Positions 49,472-61,900 of a stretch of DNA of 64,000 nucleotides are shown here, piece by piece (position 1 is the stretch's first letter; each line of letters opens with the position of its first letter). Source of the DNA: Toensbergia leucococca (lineage: Eukaryota); assembly GCA_022813965.1 (NCBI GenBank), contig JALDZS010000011.1, positions 62,001-126,000 of the forward strand, given 5' to 3'. The position numbers and the translations under genes are program-made. Under the pieces are notes generated by a model. That model worked only from the letters and a program-made list of their open reading frames with translations, made no database searches and was not told the origin of the DNA.

Positions 49472-49941
49472 CGTTGCGCCGAGCGCGGAGAAGGTTCCAA
49501 TATGCTTAGATTGATGTTTGTGGTGTCATGCACGTAGTATTTGGTGTAATGTCGGATGATTGATGGGTAGCTTGAGACCGCGATTAGGCGTAGATGGAAT
49601 TCTACAACAAGACGATATGGAGAGAGGGTAGGTGAGGGCTATTGCAATTTGATTGTGTCTCTTGATTTGGAGTCGTCAGAGGGAGCTCTCTGGTGTGCAT
49701 ATTCTGAATCACTAGCGCCAAACCGCCACATCAGATCCAGATCAACATCGAGCTCTCAGAGCTTAACCACAACAAAAAAAACTCCACCGCATCCCTGACC
49801 CCCTGACGAACCCCACCCCAAAAGAAGTAGAGCTCCACCCCTCTCCACCTCAGCAGCGTCCCGCTAACATCCGCCCCCCCCAGCAACACCAATGCCCCGA
49901 TAACTCTCTCCCCCTCCATCCCATATCCCATCCTCAACCCC

Positions 49942-50406
49942 ATGGCCCCCCCACCCCCTCTCCACCCCCGCTCCCGCCAAACAATCTCCCTCTTCACCAC
50001 AACCCTCGCGCTCTCCTTCCTCCTAGTCGGCCTTCCGCACCTCCTCCCCTGTCCCGCACCCCGCACCCACTACGCCGACACAACAACCCCGTCCGATCCC
50101 CTAGATCCAGAGTCACATTCGCTGAATCGGCGCCGCCCACGGCAACAACGACGACAGAAAGCTGGCAATGAGGTGGTGGTCGATACTGCGTCAGAGTACG
50201 ATGAATTGCGCAGGGAAGCGCACGAGTGCCCGGTGCCGAAGCCGGATACAATTCTGAAAACATTGGTGGGGTATGCTGGAATGGGGACCCGTGACGCTGG
50301 CGTACGGCCGAGGGTGCAGGTTGAACAGGCGGAAAAGGCCTTCGGGGGTCGGGACCATGGAGGCCCAGTGCAAGGTAGAGACTGCGAAAAGGGGAGTAGA
50401 GGATGA
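49942..50406 (+). CDS. Small conserved fungal protein, COA2 (cytochrome c oxidase assembly factor 2)-like
   Basis: LHPRSR..SLFTTTL..SFLLVGLPHLLPCPAPR...ECPVPKP motif with one TM helix. Divergent from PPH3. Confidence 0.7.
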   Translation: MAPPPPLHPRSRQTISLFTTTLALSFLLVGLPHLLPCPAPRTHYADTTTPSDPLDPESHSLNRRRPRQQRRQKAGNEVVVDTASEYDELRREAHECPVPKPDTILKTLVGYAGMGTRDAGVRPRVQVEQAEKAFGGRDHGGPVQGRDCEKGSRG

Positions 50407-50652
50407 AAGAGCACAATAATACTTCTAACGCGCCGGAGAGTCAATGCACATATGGTGTGAACGGTATGTCTCGAAGTGCAACACGAACGGCCACCATCAC
50501 TGAATCTGATCATCGTTGAATAGGGAGGCCATCTGACGTGTACTCGATACGATGTGACATCAATACTACCTCTAGTATATCCTGTTGACTTGGTCCAAAT
50601 TTCTCAGTATCGCAACAATGTACTTGACAGTCCCATTTGAAATTTCAAAATC

Positions 50653-51547
50653 CTACTGCTCCCTCACTCTATGCATCCACAACGTCCTCGGCTGCCCCCA
50701 GTAATCGCAGCACCCGAACTTCCACGCCCCGGCGTATTTACGTGAGAGAATGTATTTGACAACATAGGGCACAAACCATGGCATCACAGGATAAGGGTGC
50801 TCGCCGCCTTCAAAGGTCTTGTCGGTGTTCAGGAGGGTCAGGGGGGCAATTTTGGCCTGTGAAAATATGTTATGAAGGTGGTGGTGGGAGAGATGATATG
50901 GGCACAGTGGGAAACACTTACAGCATCGATATTCTTTCGAACCTGGACCTCATATTCCTCGTGAATCTTCATTACTTCCTCTCCCATGCCGAATCCATCT
51001 AAGCTCATAAGGGTCTCTATTTCCCCAGCCAAGTGTTTCATCAACGTCTCCGCAAATCCATCGATCATGTCTTGGAGCTTCTTGGCGTCAAACTCCACCT
51101 TCCCCTCGATCCCCTCAGCACAATATCGCTCGAATTTCTCCAAGCCATCATGGAAGTCTTCGTGCTGGCTGACGTTGGTGGTTAAGATGCCTTTGGCAGA
51201 GGGAATGCGAGCTTCAAGAGCAGGAAAGAGAAGAGCCTCTTCAGTCTTGTGGTGAAGGGACAGGAGGGCGGACCAGGCTTGACAGTAGATTAGAAAGGAA
51301 TGGTTTTCGGTAGGAGGAATATGCGGGGCCTGGAGGTAGATTGTGTTCAGGGCACGGATAAAGGTATTATGAACGAGGGCCATGTGACTTGCGACGTAGA
51401 CGGTTGGATTGGTAAGCTGGAAGGGTTAGTCTTAATGGAATTAGGAAAAGGTGAAGGCGTAGACTCTACTGATCTGGTCTTTCCGGGGGTTTCGAGCAGC
51501 TGGAATGGCTGATCAGCCCACACGCCTTCGGGCTTAGAGGATGGCAT
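50653..51547 (-). CDS. Hemerythrin-like (HHE cation-binding) protein, 3 exons
   Basis: Motifs WADQPFQLL.TP, MALVHN.FIRALN.IY.QA, LHHKTEE..LFP, NVSQHEDFH.GL and HLAGEI. Last exon ends GAWKFGCCDYWGQPRTL...*. Confidence 0.88.
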
Positions 51548-52106
51548 AATGGATCAATCTTCTCTGGATTTTGGATGCACTCCGGAACCAATCCCATGCA
51601 CACAAATTTCAGACTAGTATGTCGTGAGTATCTGGAGAGGACATTCGCTGTGCCGCATTACGAAGAAGCGGTCACTCCCATCCTGGGGCCACGGCATGGG
51701 AGACATAAGCTCGGGGCTTTTAGGGCCCGGAATATTGTTCTTAAGCCATTGAACCAGTGGTGTTTATCGTGTACCGATAAATTTGATGCATTTTTTTTTA
51801 TCATTGTATGAGGAAGAGAGCAGGAGGAAAGTCGTCTCTTCCATGATTGAACACCACACATTAATCGACCGCTCTGGCTATTTTAGTAATGTTCGGCATG
51901 CTGATGTTCATCTTCTCTTTCCTGGCGTTTTGATGAATACCTAAAGATGCCAATGTTTCTCAGTGAATATTCAACGCCACTATATTGTGACGAAGCTATT
52001 TACATAGGTGTTCTTGTGATGACACATTGGGTCTATTTATTTCCCTTAGAGGCGTAAATCTCAAGCTCTGGTATTGATTTATTTTGTCTCCTTCAACGTC
52101 CAAATG

Positions 52107-52892
52107 TCAGAATCCAGGTTCTGTCGTTCCATTGTTCAAAGTTCTCACTTCTTGCTCACCCTTTCCTTGGCGATGCCAGACATCCAAGATCATATCCGCC
52201 AACTTCTTGTTATCCTCTAATGAAACTGGTAGATGATGGCCTCCCTCAAATTCAAGAAGAGTGGTACTCTGAACATCACAGTAATGTTCCAAGAGGCGTC
52301 TACTCTGCAGTAGTACAAAATCCTGAATACCTTGAACATGGATGGTAGGGATGTGGATGAGAGCATGATTGTGATCAGTGGTGTCATCATCGCCAGAAGC
52401 GCGAGAGCTATCACGGGTATGTCTAAATGGTATGCGCACCGGAGGATAGGATGCCCCCGCTAGCACCCCAAAACGGAAGCCGCAGGCACTGCCGTCGTTG
52501 CCACTGTTCAAGAATTGCTCTCGCAGTAGAAGGCCGGCGACAATTCTGGTGCCCTGGGAAAAGCCAATGACACCGACAAAGGGTCCTTCACGCTCTACCT
52601 CTTCCATGATGGTTTCCAACACGTTCTCTGCTTCCTCTTTAATCTCTGCTTCATCATTCTTGTATGATACCCACCGATGATACGGCGCCATACCGGCAAA
52701 ATAGGGTAAGATTCCGGGCCCAGGCTCACTTTCTATGGGACCATCGATAAAGAAGAATCGGAAATGTGCGCGGAGAGCATATTGAATCTTGCGAGTCTGG
52801 AAGCGGAAGATGGCTGCGGAAGCACCACCACCGTGAAGACAGAGTATCTTTGGGAGATGGTCTTGGTTTTTTGGTGTGGTGTTTTGGTTCAT
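52107..52892 (-). CDS. Serine hydrolase, FSH1/DUF341 (LovG-like esterase) family
   Basis: Motifs ILCLHGGG, GPFVGVIGFSQG (nucleophile Ser), IPTIHVQGIQD and GGHHLP. Probable ATG at 52892. Confidence 0.9.
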   Translation of the reverse strand: MNQNTTPKNQDHLPKILCLHGGGASAAIFRFQTRKIQYALRAHFRFFFIDGPIESEPGPGILPYFAGMAPYHRWVSYKNDEAEIKEEAENVLETIMEEVEREGPFVGVIGFSQGTRIVAGLLLREQFLNSGNDGSACGFRFGVLAGASYPPVRIPFRHTRDSSRASGDDDTTDHNHALIHIPTIHVQGIQDFVLLQSRRLLEHYCDVQSTTLLEFEGGHHLPVSLEDNKKLADMILDVWHRQGKGEQEVRTLNNGTTEPGF

Positions 52893-53875
52893 ACTGGAAA
52901 TCATAATATAGGATGCGGTATAGCCTATTGTGAAAGCCAGAGTAGGATGCTCTGATTTTGATTCGGGTGGAAAATGGAGTTTGGCTGCATTCATGTAAGC
53001 AGTAGCCAGAAGGCTAGTCTTTGAAAAGTCGGCATGGCTGTACACGCTTGCAAAATAGGTTGGACTCGGGCAATGGGCAGAGAATGGTGTCAAGCAGGTA
53101 GTTGTGTTGATCAAGCAGTCAAGCGAGTCAAGTTACTCGTCGTACGGAGTACCTACCTATTAGGCAAGTGTTGGTAGAATAGCTCGAATAGGTATCCGTA
53201 GTTCTCTCGTACGATTATTCCATTTTAGATACTTGGGCGAACGTACAAAGGTAGCACCCGAAATTGTCTAGCGTACGACTATCAAACACCTCAGCACCAC
53301 CACTCCCACCGGCTGAAACTAGACCTACCATTACCTTACCGTCTAACCACTGCTAGTAGTCTAAGCAGACTGTGCCGTGGACCGTGGTACCTACCGAACC
53401 ACCGATGTACGCCCACCATCGCCATGGCACACTGCACCATCTCCATTCACCGTCTTGGGGACCGCGAATGCCATGGTGCGTTGTTTTAGCAGTCGCTTTC
53501 TTCAGCACTACTCACAGACAGATACAACGGTACCTTTAGCTTGACCATACACCTCTTGTACCACCACCACTCGCTGACCATTGTTCACAAATGTCCAAGT
53601 CATAGGTTGGAATGGATGTGGTGAAACGTGCTCGTTACTCTACTTACATTGAAGAAAGCCGATGATCGGTAATCGCGAGGCTACAATGATCCTATTCTAG
53701 GCGTCATTAGCTAAGCCATGAGACGGCTGGAAAATTGTATCAAACCCTTCTCAACGTTGCAACACCAATTTTGTCCCTTGTCTGTGGTAGAATACAAGCT
53801 TCCACATCATTGCCCACTGCACTCTCACGACATCAAACATGATGTTGAGTTTCTCTTGGAAAAATTTATGTCGAC

Positions 53876-56378
53876 ATGATCATCGTTGCGAGAGGGCCGG
53901 GCTATCTGGGACGTCCATACAACGATACTCAGCTTCGCTTTCTGGCTTTGGAAATATTCTTGGTCGTCACTTCTACTCTCAGCGTCATTCTCCGTCTCAT
54001 CTCGAGGAAACTCAGCAAGCAGAACTTCTGGTACGATGATTATCTCATCATCCTTAGCTTGGTAAGTCGACTCGGAAAGGACGTGGAAGCTTCATACTCA
54101 CATGACTTAAGCTATTTTGCTTTGTCTCCTTGGGCGCCGAGGTTTATAGTAAGATACCCCTTCTTGCAACCTACTTTCACGAGCTAGACTAATCGAGTTT
54201 GGCAGCTCTGAAGGACGGCTTAGGCGTTCCTGATGCCGATGCCAGAATTCGAGAATTTCTAAAGGCAAGTCTTGAGAGATTATGTTCATTGCCTTTTATG
54301 TTTCGGTGCACATGGATTAATTCGAGATTCCTGAACTTTTAGGAGGTGTTGCTAGAGCTTAGCCTGTATATCATCACCTTAGTCGCTGTTAAAATCTCTA
54401 TCCTTCTCATGTATTATCGAATCTTCAAGGTGGCTCCGGGGTTCAAGCTCGCTGTTTGGGTTACTGCAGGCTTAGTATGCGTGTGGGGAACCGTGAATTT
54501 CTTGATGACTCTGTTCGAATGCAGGCCTATTCAATATTTCTGGAATGTCGGTTCAGGAGTTTGTTTAGACCGACAAGTCCTATACACTGTCAATGCCGCT
54601 GTCAATTGTGTTTTGGATCTCCTTATTTTAGGTCTACCTGTAAGATTGATTTGGAATCTGCAATTGACGACTACGAAACGTGTCCTACTGTTTGTGACTT
54701 TTGGATTGGGTGCCGGGTAAGTAGATCGAGCTGAGATCTTTTGATGTTTCAATATCGCTGACCTTGTATCCAAGCGTCTGTATCGTCTCTATAATACGAC
54801 TCGAGGTCATTGTTACTCAGCCAATCATCGGTAGCAACATTTCCATGAGCTCTGTATGTTGTGAAAACGTCGATGATATTACGACTCTTTCTACTTCCAT
54901 GGCTGGTACTAATCTATGATCAGATCCCAACATTTGTATGGACAAATGTTGAGCTCCATGTTTCGATAATCTGTGCCTGTCTTCCAACCTATCGGCCATT
55001 CTTGACCAGCGTCACTGCTTGCATATTTCCAAAATCCCGACTTTTTGGCAGCCGTCCCGGAGGCTATCAATCAAGGCAATCTGCCATTTCAAGCTATCCC
55101 GCACAAGAAAAGTCCCCTACCAACAATAGTCTCCAAGGTCGAACACCAGTGCAAGGACAGTATAGTGTGAGTGAACTAGACACTACTAATTCGATTCCTT
55201 GGACATCGTTCTCAAATGTTGATGACGACCGCCCAACGCCTGTAATTAGTCGAGATATGTCAGACCTTGATGTGGCTCGCCCAAAGTCTTTTCGAAGCGT
55301 GTCTGCTGCTATGCAAGAAAAGTATACAGGAAGTAAATCCATTTTGCCAAGTCTGCCCGGTCGAGCGTCTACTCAAGAATTAGTCGATCCAACCAATTTA
55401 GACTTCACCGATTCACGTATGGACAGGCCACAACCTCTTCGACGGCTCAGTACTACCGTACCAGAGAGATCTGCCAAAAGTAATTTTCGCACCGAAAAGC
55501 CTGTACGAACACCATATAACATCATCGACAGTGCCACTGCAGATAAAGATCCTCGGAGAAATTCTCAGGATTTAGAGTCACCCCGTCCGAGAATTGCTCG
55601 AAGGACAACTGTTGCAGCGCAAGGGAGATCCGCAAGAAGGGATCCCAATGCTCGAGCGCCTCCACAAGCATCATCCAGCATCGACAAGACAATCATCAGC
55701 GAGCCGGATCCTCTGAGAAGCTTTCAGAAAGTTGGCGCTGTCCCCCAAATGCCTCCTCGAATAGTGAATGTTGGAGCGCAAGGGAACTCTGCCAGAAGAG
55801 GTCTGCACGCTCAAGCACCTCTTCGGACACCTCTCAACATCAATAATTCTGCCACTTCGGATCCGGCTCCTGTACGAAGTCTGCCGGATTTGGAAGCAGG
55901 CCGTCCAGAAATTATTCAAAGCCTGACTGCATCACATATGAAGAAAGGTCTGCAAAAAGCAGTCGAGTCGAATCCCAGACCAGGCATAGATCCCGTACAG
56001 CACACCAATCTCGTACCTAATCAAGGAACGGCCACTCTTGGTCTCGAGGAGGAGCTACCAAATATTATCCACCCAGATACGAGACAAAATGCACCGACTC
56101 CGCAAGCCAGATTCCCTAGACCAGTACGAAGAGTAAACTCGCCGAGTGGGGGAAGGAAACTATCAGATGTGCTTGAACACTCCATAACCTCTCCATCGGC
56201 CCTAGCTACCACCCACTCGGATCCCCGTTCAAGCTCCCCGAACGTGCAAGTCCAACGTCCACGACCTGTTAAGGATATGTCTGTGCCTGATTTAGAGCTA
56301 GGGCTACCGGAGGATATCTTGGAGGGGGGTTTGCATCGGTTTTCGTGGACGAATTCAAGTTGGTTTATGGATGATTGA
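53876..56378 (+). CDS. Pth11-like receptor (fungal rhodopsin domain) with a long repetitive cytoplasmic tail
   Basis: Motifs LRLISR..FWYDDYLI, VKISILLMYYRIF, FECRPIQYFW, DLLILGLPVRLIWNLQL and WTNVELHVSIICACLPTYRP, followed by a ~450-aa S/P/R-rich tail. Confidence 0.88.
55440..55916 (+). repeat. Three degenerate 159-nt (53-aa) coding repeats in the receptor tail
   Basis: Units start at 55440, 55599 and 55758. They share R..tV..qgrSArr...a.aP.rtp.nI..sat.dpdP.Rs..dle..rP.i. Confidence 0.7.
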
Positions 56379-57515
56379 TTAAGATTGAGATTTGTGTTCA
56401 TGGGCAAGAGAGAGGTGACGAAGTTATGCTGTTATGTGATACAGGACTTAACGAGATCTTCATATCAGCTTTAGCATTAGCATTGATTGGCGTGACAGGC
56501 AGATGGGTCTCTTTTTTGGTTCATGTTACCCGGTCAGTCCAGGCTATGTCTTACTCTTGCAGGACTCTGTATCTTGTGTGTGTTTCTTCAGAGATTTAAT
56601 ACTGATATGAAGTTTACTTACTTTAATATGATAAGTATACTCATATTGTTTTTTACAAGAGAGGTTTCATGTGACTACATTGCTGTAGAATAGCAGCGAG
56701 CATGAGAACATAATTTACTCATAAACAGTAGAGACACACTTGTATAATTGACAGACTTTTCATAATATTGTATTGATCTGTCATATAAGACTCATGCGTC
56801 ATAGAGAGAGAGATTAGGGGGGCTTTCTTTAATCATTTAGAATCTTATCTTAGGTCAGTAGAATCTGATAAGTAAATCATATCTTGTAACATTAAATCAT
56901 AAGAAATAAATGTGAGAAAGATTGTCAAAAATTGATGTATTTTTTACTCGCTCTCAGTCACTCATCTCTGTATATTCATCTTAATAGTTCTCTCTCACTC
57001 ATCTTCTAATAATCAAATGTCAATTACAGACCTCACAGGCAGTAACACTAAGATGAAGAAAGGGAAAAAATGAGATGAATGAAGAGATTTTCTCTATTAT
57101 TATCTTTAGATCAGAAGTCTCACCGTCCTAGAATCATGATTTCGAACCCTCCCTCATAGGTCAGTCATACCTTGTATGTAGGTCATATCTTACATGCCAC
57201 AATGACACAGTAATCACACATTCTTTATCAAAGGAAAAAAGGAGAGAGATCACAACTCGCAATTTTCTTCTTATTCTATCCGTTCCATGACCCCTTTCAT
57301 TAAAGATCCCCCTCCTGCGGGGATAAAAAAAAAGATATATAGCCATGCAGCTGACCCAAAATATGCAGACATAAACCATGAACAAAAGACCCTCACAAAA
57401 AATGAAAAAAAACAAAAACAATGCCCCTTGCCCATTCCCATCCCGAAATTCCCAACTCCAAAGATTCCCCCCCCCTTTCACTCTCACAGATCACATACAA
57501 ACACCTCACACTCTC

Positions 57516-58273
57516 TCAACCCTGCTGATGAACAAGCGTATTCCCACTCCTCTTCCACGTGGCTAAAAGAACCCCACAGCTCCCGCACCGATGCGTCACA
57601 TCCTTCAAGCTCGCCATCAGATACGGCACGCACCCGATGCAAAAGACACAGCACAAAGCCGCCGCCCAGGCATGGGTCGTGTTGCCCGCTTCGAACTCGA
57701 TGCGCGTCAAGGCTCTGGCGCCGCAGCAGGGGCAGTCGACGGGAGCGGCGGCGCTGTTGAGGGCGTAGAGGGGGGTGGCGGTGCGGTATTGGGATTGTTG
57801 TTGTTGTTGGGGGAGTTGTTGGGGTTGGGATTGGGCGTATGGGGGAGCGGTGGCGGGTTGGGTTGTGGTTTCCGGGGTGGAGATGGGGTAGGTGGCTGTT
57901 TGGGGGGCGTAGGCGTAGTAGGAGTCTGATTTTTCGGGGATGGGTTGGGGACTGGACTGGGCTGCTATCTGGGAGATTCTAGGTCGGGGGAGTTAGGGGA
58001 TGCGTGCAAGGGTTGGAGGTTTGGGAGAGGGCGCGCACTCGGTTTGTGGCATTGCTTCTAGCGGAGACACTGGGGTGTGTCCAATGGGTTCTTGCATGTT
58101 GGGCGAGCTGGCTGTCTCGCCGGTGGTCTGAGCAGTAGGGCGAGGTGTCTCAAAGAAACCGGTCGCTTCGTTGTAGGTGGGGACTAGAGTACATTGACAA
58201 TCAGTCTCGGCTCGACGCCGCTTGACATTCCTCAGGCGCACGTACCAGGCGAGAGCGGTTCAGGCATTCCCAT
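57516..58273 (-). CDS. LITAF-like zinc-ribbon membrane protein, 3 exons
   Basis: P/Q-rich N-terminus with APPY, then APVDCPCC...T...GNTTHAWA..LC..FC.GCVPYL...KDVTHRCGSCG.LLA. Confidence 0.88.
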
Positions 58274-58993
58274 GGTCACTGGATCTCAAGTTATACTTGA
58301 TTTAGAATAAAAACAGTAGGATTTATGATGGACTTTTAAACAAGAACGAGATGGCCACAGAAGGTGAGCGGCAAGGCCATGTTCTTGTAAAGGGGCTGTC
58401 AGCCATGCTGTGCCGTGCCCCCACCTCGCTCCGCCCCGAATGGGCAGATTACATGCAAAGGCTCCCCAGTGCATTAGCCAGGTATTGACTGCACATGGGA
58501 ATAATGTGGTGACACAAAGGCCTAGGCGGAAATGAGTGGCCTGCGTTTCAGGAATGATCAATCAGAATTGCCTGCGGCTGGGTAGGTAGCTGAGGCTCTT
58601 GGGACAAAGTCCTAAATAAGCAACCAATCAGGCTCCATCGAGGCGTCTGACCTGCATGACACTTTCATATTCTCGTCCGTTTGCAGCCTAGACCAGCCTC
58701 GCCTGCACACGTCGCGTCGCAAAAGAAAGCAGACGGGTTAGAAGGCATTTTAGTGACGGGAATGGGCTTGATAGTTGATATTCTAGCGTTAGTGGCGTCG
58801 TGGAAAAACGGATTATTCTTTTTCTCAATGAAGAGTGTGGTGATGTTGTATCGAGTACTTTGGATTCTTCCTAGATTCTTTATATAATGAAGACTCCAAT
58901 GAATTACTTATATCACAAGACTAGGACCATCCCAAATTTCGCATTGATATATCAAAAATAGCCCTCACAGCACAGATATCCAAGATACTTCAT

Positions 58994-61900
58994 TCACGAC
59001 GCCCCTTCTCCACCACCATCTTGATGTTTGTTGTCTTGACTAGTAGTGTCCTGACCAGCAGTATCCTGACCAGCAGTATCTTGACCTGACGAAGTACCTT
59101 GACCAGCAGCAGCACCTCCTTGACTCGTAGCAGTACTCTGACGAGCCTTCTCCGCCCTTTGCGCCTCCCGTCTCTGCGCTCGATACTTTTCCTCCATTTG
59201 TGTAGCTAAGACCCACTGATCCAGCGTCCCGTCACGCATTGGCACCGTACGCATCTGCCTGACTCCCCCGTCAACAATATCTCGCAACTCAGCATAAGAA
59301 TAACCCCTCAAAAACGCTTCGATAGTGTCCGAGTCGGTGCGCCCGTTCAAGGCAAGATTGATCAGCTGCTCGGCCTGCTTGTACCAATTGTCTTGTGCTG
59401 GCTGTTTGAGTCCTGACACGTTCCAACTCGCAGAAATGGGGATTCCGAGCATATAAGACCAGGCGTTGAGGATGACATGAACGCCGCATTTGTTGCCATT
59501 TCGCCCTTGCGCGGGCGTCTGGGGCTGACGGATCCGAAATCTCGGCTCGATAGGAAGTGGAAGCGGCCTCCCGTCACCGTCCACGCCCAACCAGCCCGAA
59601 CGTCGAACCATATTTTGAGCCGCAGGACAGACGACCCCCTCAAAATTCACTGTCCTAGGACGGCTGTCCATGAAGCTCAGATTAATTGTGTTGCCGGGAC
59701 CGTGTGTAGCTATAGCCAGTACATGGTGTGTAAGGCTCTCTTGTGCCTTGTTCTTTTCATCACCCGGCTGTTTCAAGTAAGTCATACCTAATGACAAAGG
59801 TATCACAAATGGGCAACCATGCCCTACCGCTGCACCTAGATCCTGCGACTCGGCTCCTGCTGCAACATAGTGCGTGTACCATTGAAAAATAAAGTGTGTT
59901 GCGAATCCAAACTCAACTCGAGGTGTACTCTCCCGCAAGCCCTGCCACACTGTAGCGATGGCAGACACGACTGTTTCATTGTGTTCACCAGCCGTTCCGC
60001 CATCAATCTTCACAAAGTGCTTCTGAGGCTGTCCCATAAGCTCTACTTCATGTCTGATTCTTTGGTCGGCCAAGTCCTTCCATTCCTTCCGAGATCGGTT
60101 GATGGCAGGGGCACGGGGTTCGACTGGTAGATGAGGGGGATCAACTTGTGACGGAGGGAAATCGACTTGTGGTGGAATGGAACCGAATGGGGGACGAGGG
60201 GGATCGATAGAGCCATTCTCATTGATCCCTGCATTCTCCCCCCTCTCCTTCCCCAATTGGAGGCCTTCAATGATGTTTCGGAAAATCTGGTTATTCATCT
60301 CCACACTCTGCATTTGCTTTACACTGCCATCATTAACCAGCGAAGCAGCATAACGCCACCCTCTCAAAAAGGCCTCGATGGTCCAAGAGTTTGCGAATCC
60401 GGCCAAAACAACATTGATCAGATGCACTGCCGATTGATAAAATACAGAGCGATCGATGGTGTTGGCTGTTGGAGAAACGGGAATACCAAGCATGTAAGAC
60501 CAGGCATTCAGGATTACATGAATTCCGCATTCGTTGCCAGTCTGGTGAGGGGTATGGGGCCTGTGGATTTTGAATTGTGGCTCAACTGTAAACTCAAGCG
60601 GTTCTCCTTGAGCGTCGACGCCCATCCAGCCCGAAAGTCTGACAATTTTCTGCGCTGCAGTCGCAATAGGGTCGCTTTTTGTCGCATTGCTGTTCGCAAT
60701 CCCGTTAAGACTGTCCATGACGGTCAATTGGACTTGGTTTCCAGCAACACGGGTAGCTATAGCAAGTGCAAGGTGTCCGAGGCTCCTTTTTTTACCTTCT
60801 GTAAAGAGGTCATCCCCAAATAACAAAGGTATGATAAGTGGATGGCCCTGTCCTACTGCTGTTAACCTTACTGCCCCCTTTGCATTACCTTTATCTGCGA
60901 ATATTCGAAAGGTACCAGGTATGGCAAATCCATATTCAATTGGGGGTTCACTCAATCGCAATCCTTGCCAGACGGCAGCAATGGCAAGTACCACGTTATC
61001 ATGAGTTTGGCCCGCGCTGCCGCGAGCAAACTCTACGAAACGCTTGCCAGAGTTTTTTTTCTGTTGGACTCCGTCACGAATTCCTTGGCTAGCTATCTCG
61101 AACCATTCTGTTGAAGAATGAGTAATAGCAGTGAAAGGGTGTAGATCCGGGATCTCGATAGAAGGCGAGCGTTCAGGTTCAGTACTGGAAGTAGTCTCTG
61201 CACGCCTCGCATTTGCTTCCTCCTGTTGCAGTCGCCCAATAATAGTTTGAAAAATCTCTGTATTCATCAGAACACTTTGCATTCGGCGTAAGCCTTGCTG
61301 GCTGTCCGGATGCTTTTTTTCCTCGATTCGAAGAGCCGTTAGATCTTGATGTTCAGCATATCCAGAATACTGTAAAAATGCACGGATGGTTTCGCTGTTA
61401 GCACGACCTTCAAGAGCAAGCTCAATGATATCTTTTGCTGCTTTGTAGAAGCGACCAAAGGCTGCTGTACCTTTGTGATTGTCTGGCCACTTCTGGCTCA
61501 CCGGTATATTAAGCATATAGGACCATGCATTGAGGATGACGAAGAGACCAGATGCAGTAGTGCTCACTAAACGCTTGGGGACCTCGTGCCAGGTTTCTTC
61601 GAGTCTGAAATTTGGCACAACACCCAAAGGCAGCCAATTTGAATTCCGGATTACCTCTCTGGCAGTACGACGTATTATCCTCCGGTCAATATACTTGGGA
61701 TCGCCACAGCTATCCATGAATCTTAGGCGGATCTGATTCTCTTGTATTCCTCCTCTCTCTGCAACAGCAAAGACGAATTGCTCTTTGACATTCTTGATAG
61801 CAGTCTTTTTCTTTTCCTGTAGCTTTTTGATTGATGAATTCATTTTGTTCCCCTGCTTGGTTATGTTCGTCCATTTTCCTTGCTGAGTGGCAACCTTGGT

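Noticed and set aside
52893..53114. N-terminal extension of the FSH1 ORF to 335 aa
   Set aside because: It begins at a non-ATG codon, and family similarity starts at PKILCLHG, so a downstream ATG (52892) is more likely.
50653..56378. Secondary-metabolite cluster (FSH1 esterase, hemerythrin-like, Pth11-like)
   Set aside because: No PKS, NRPS or terpene backbone gene, and no transporter or cluster regulator in the window.
59030..59105. GQDTA x3 coding repeat at the protease C-terminus as an amyloid signalling motif
   Set aside because: A short 15-nt slippage repeat without the alternating hydrophobic N/G pattern of fungal amyloid motifs.
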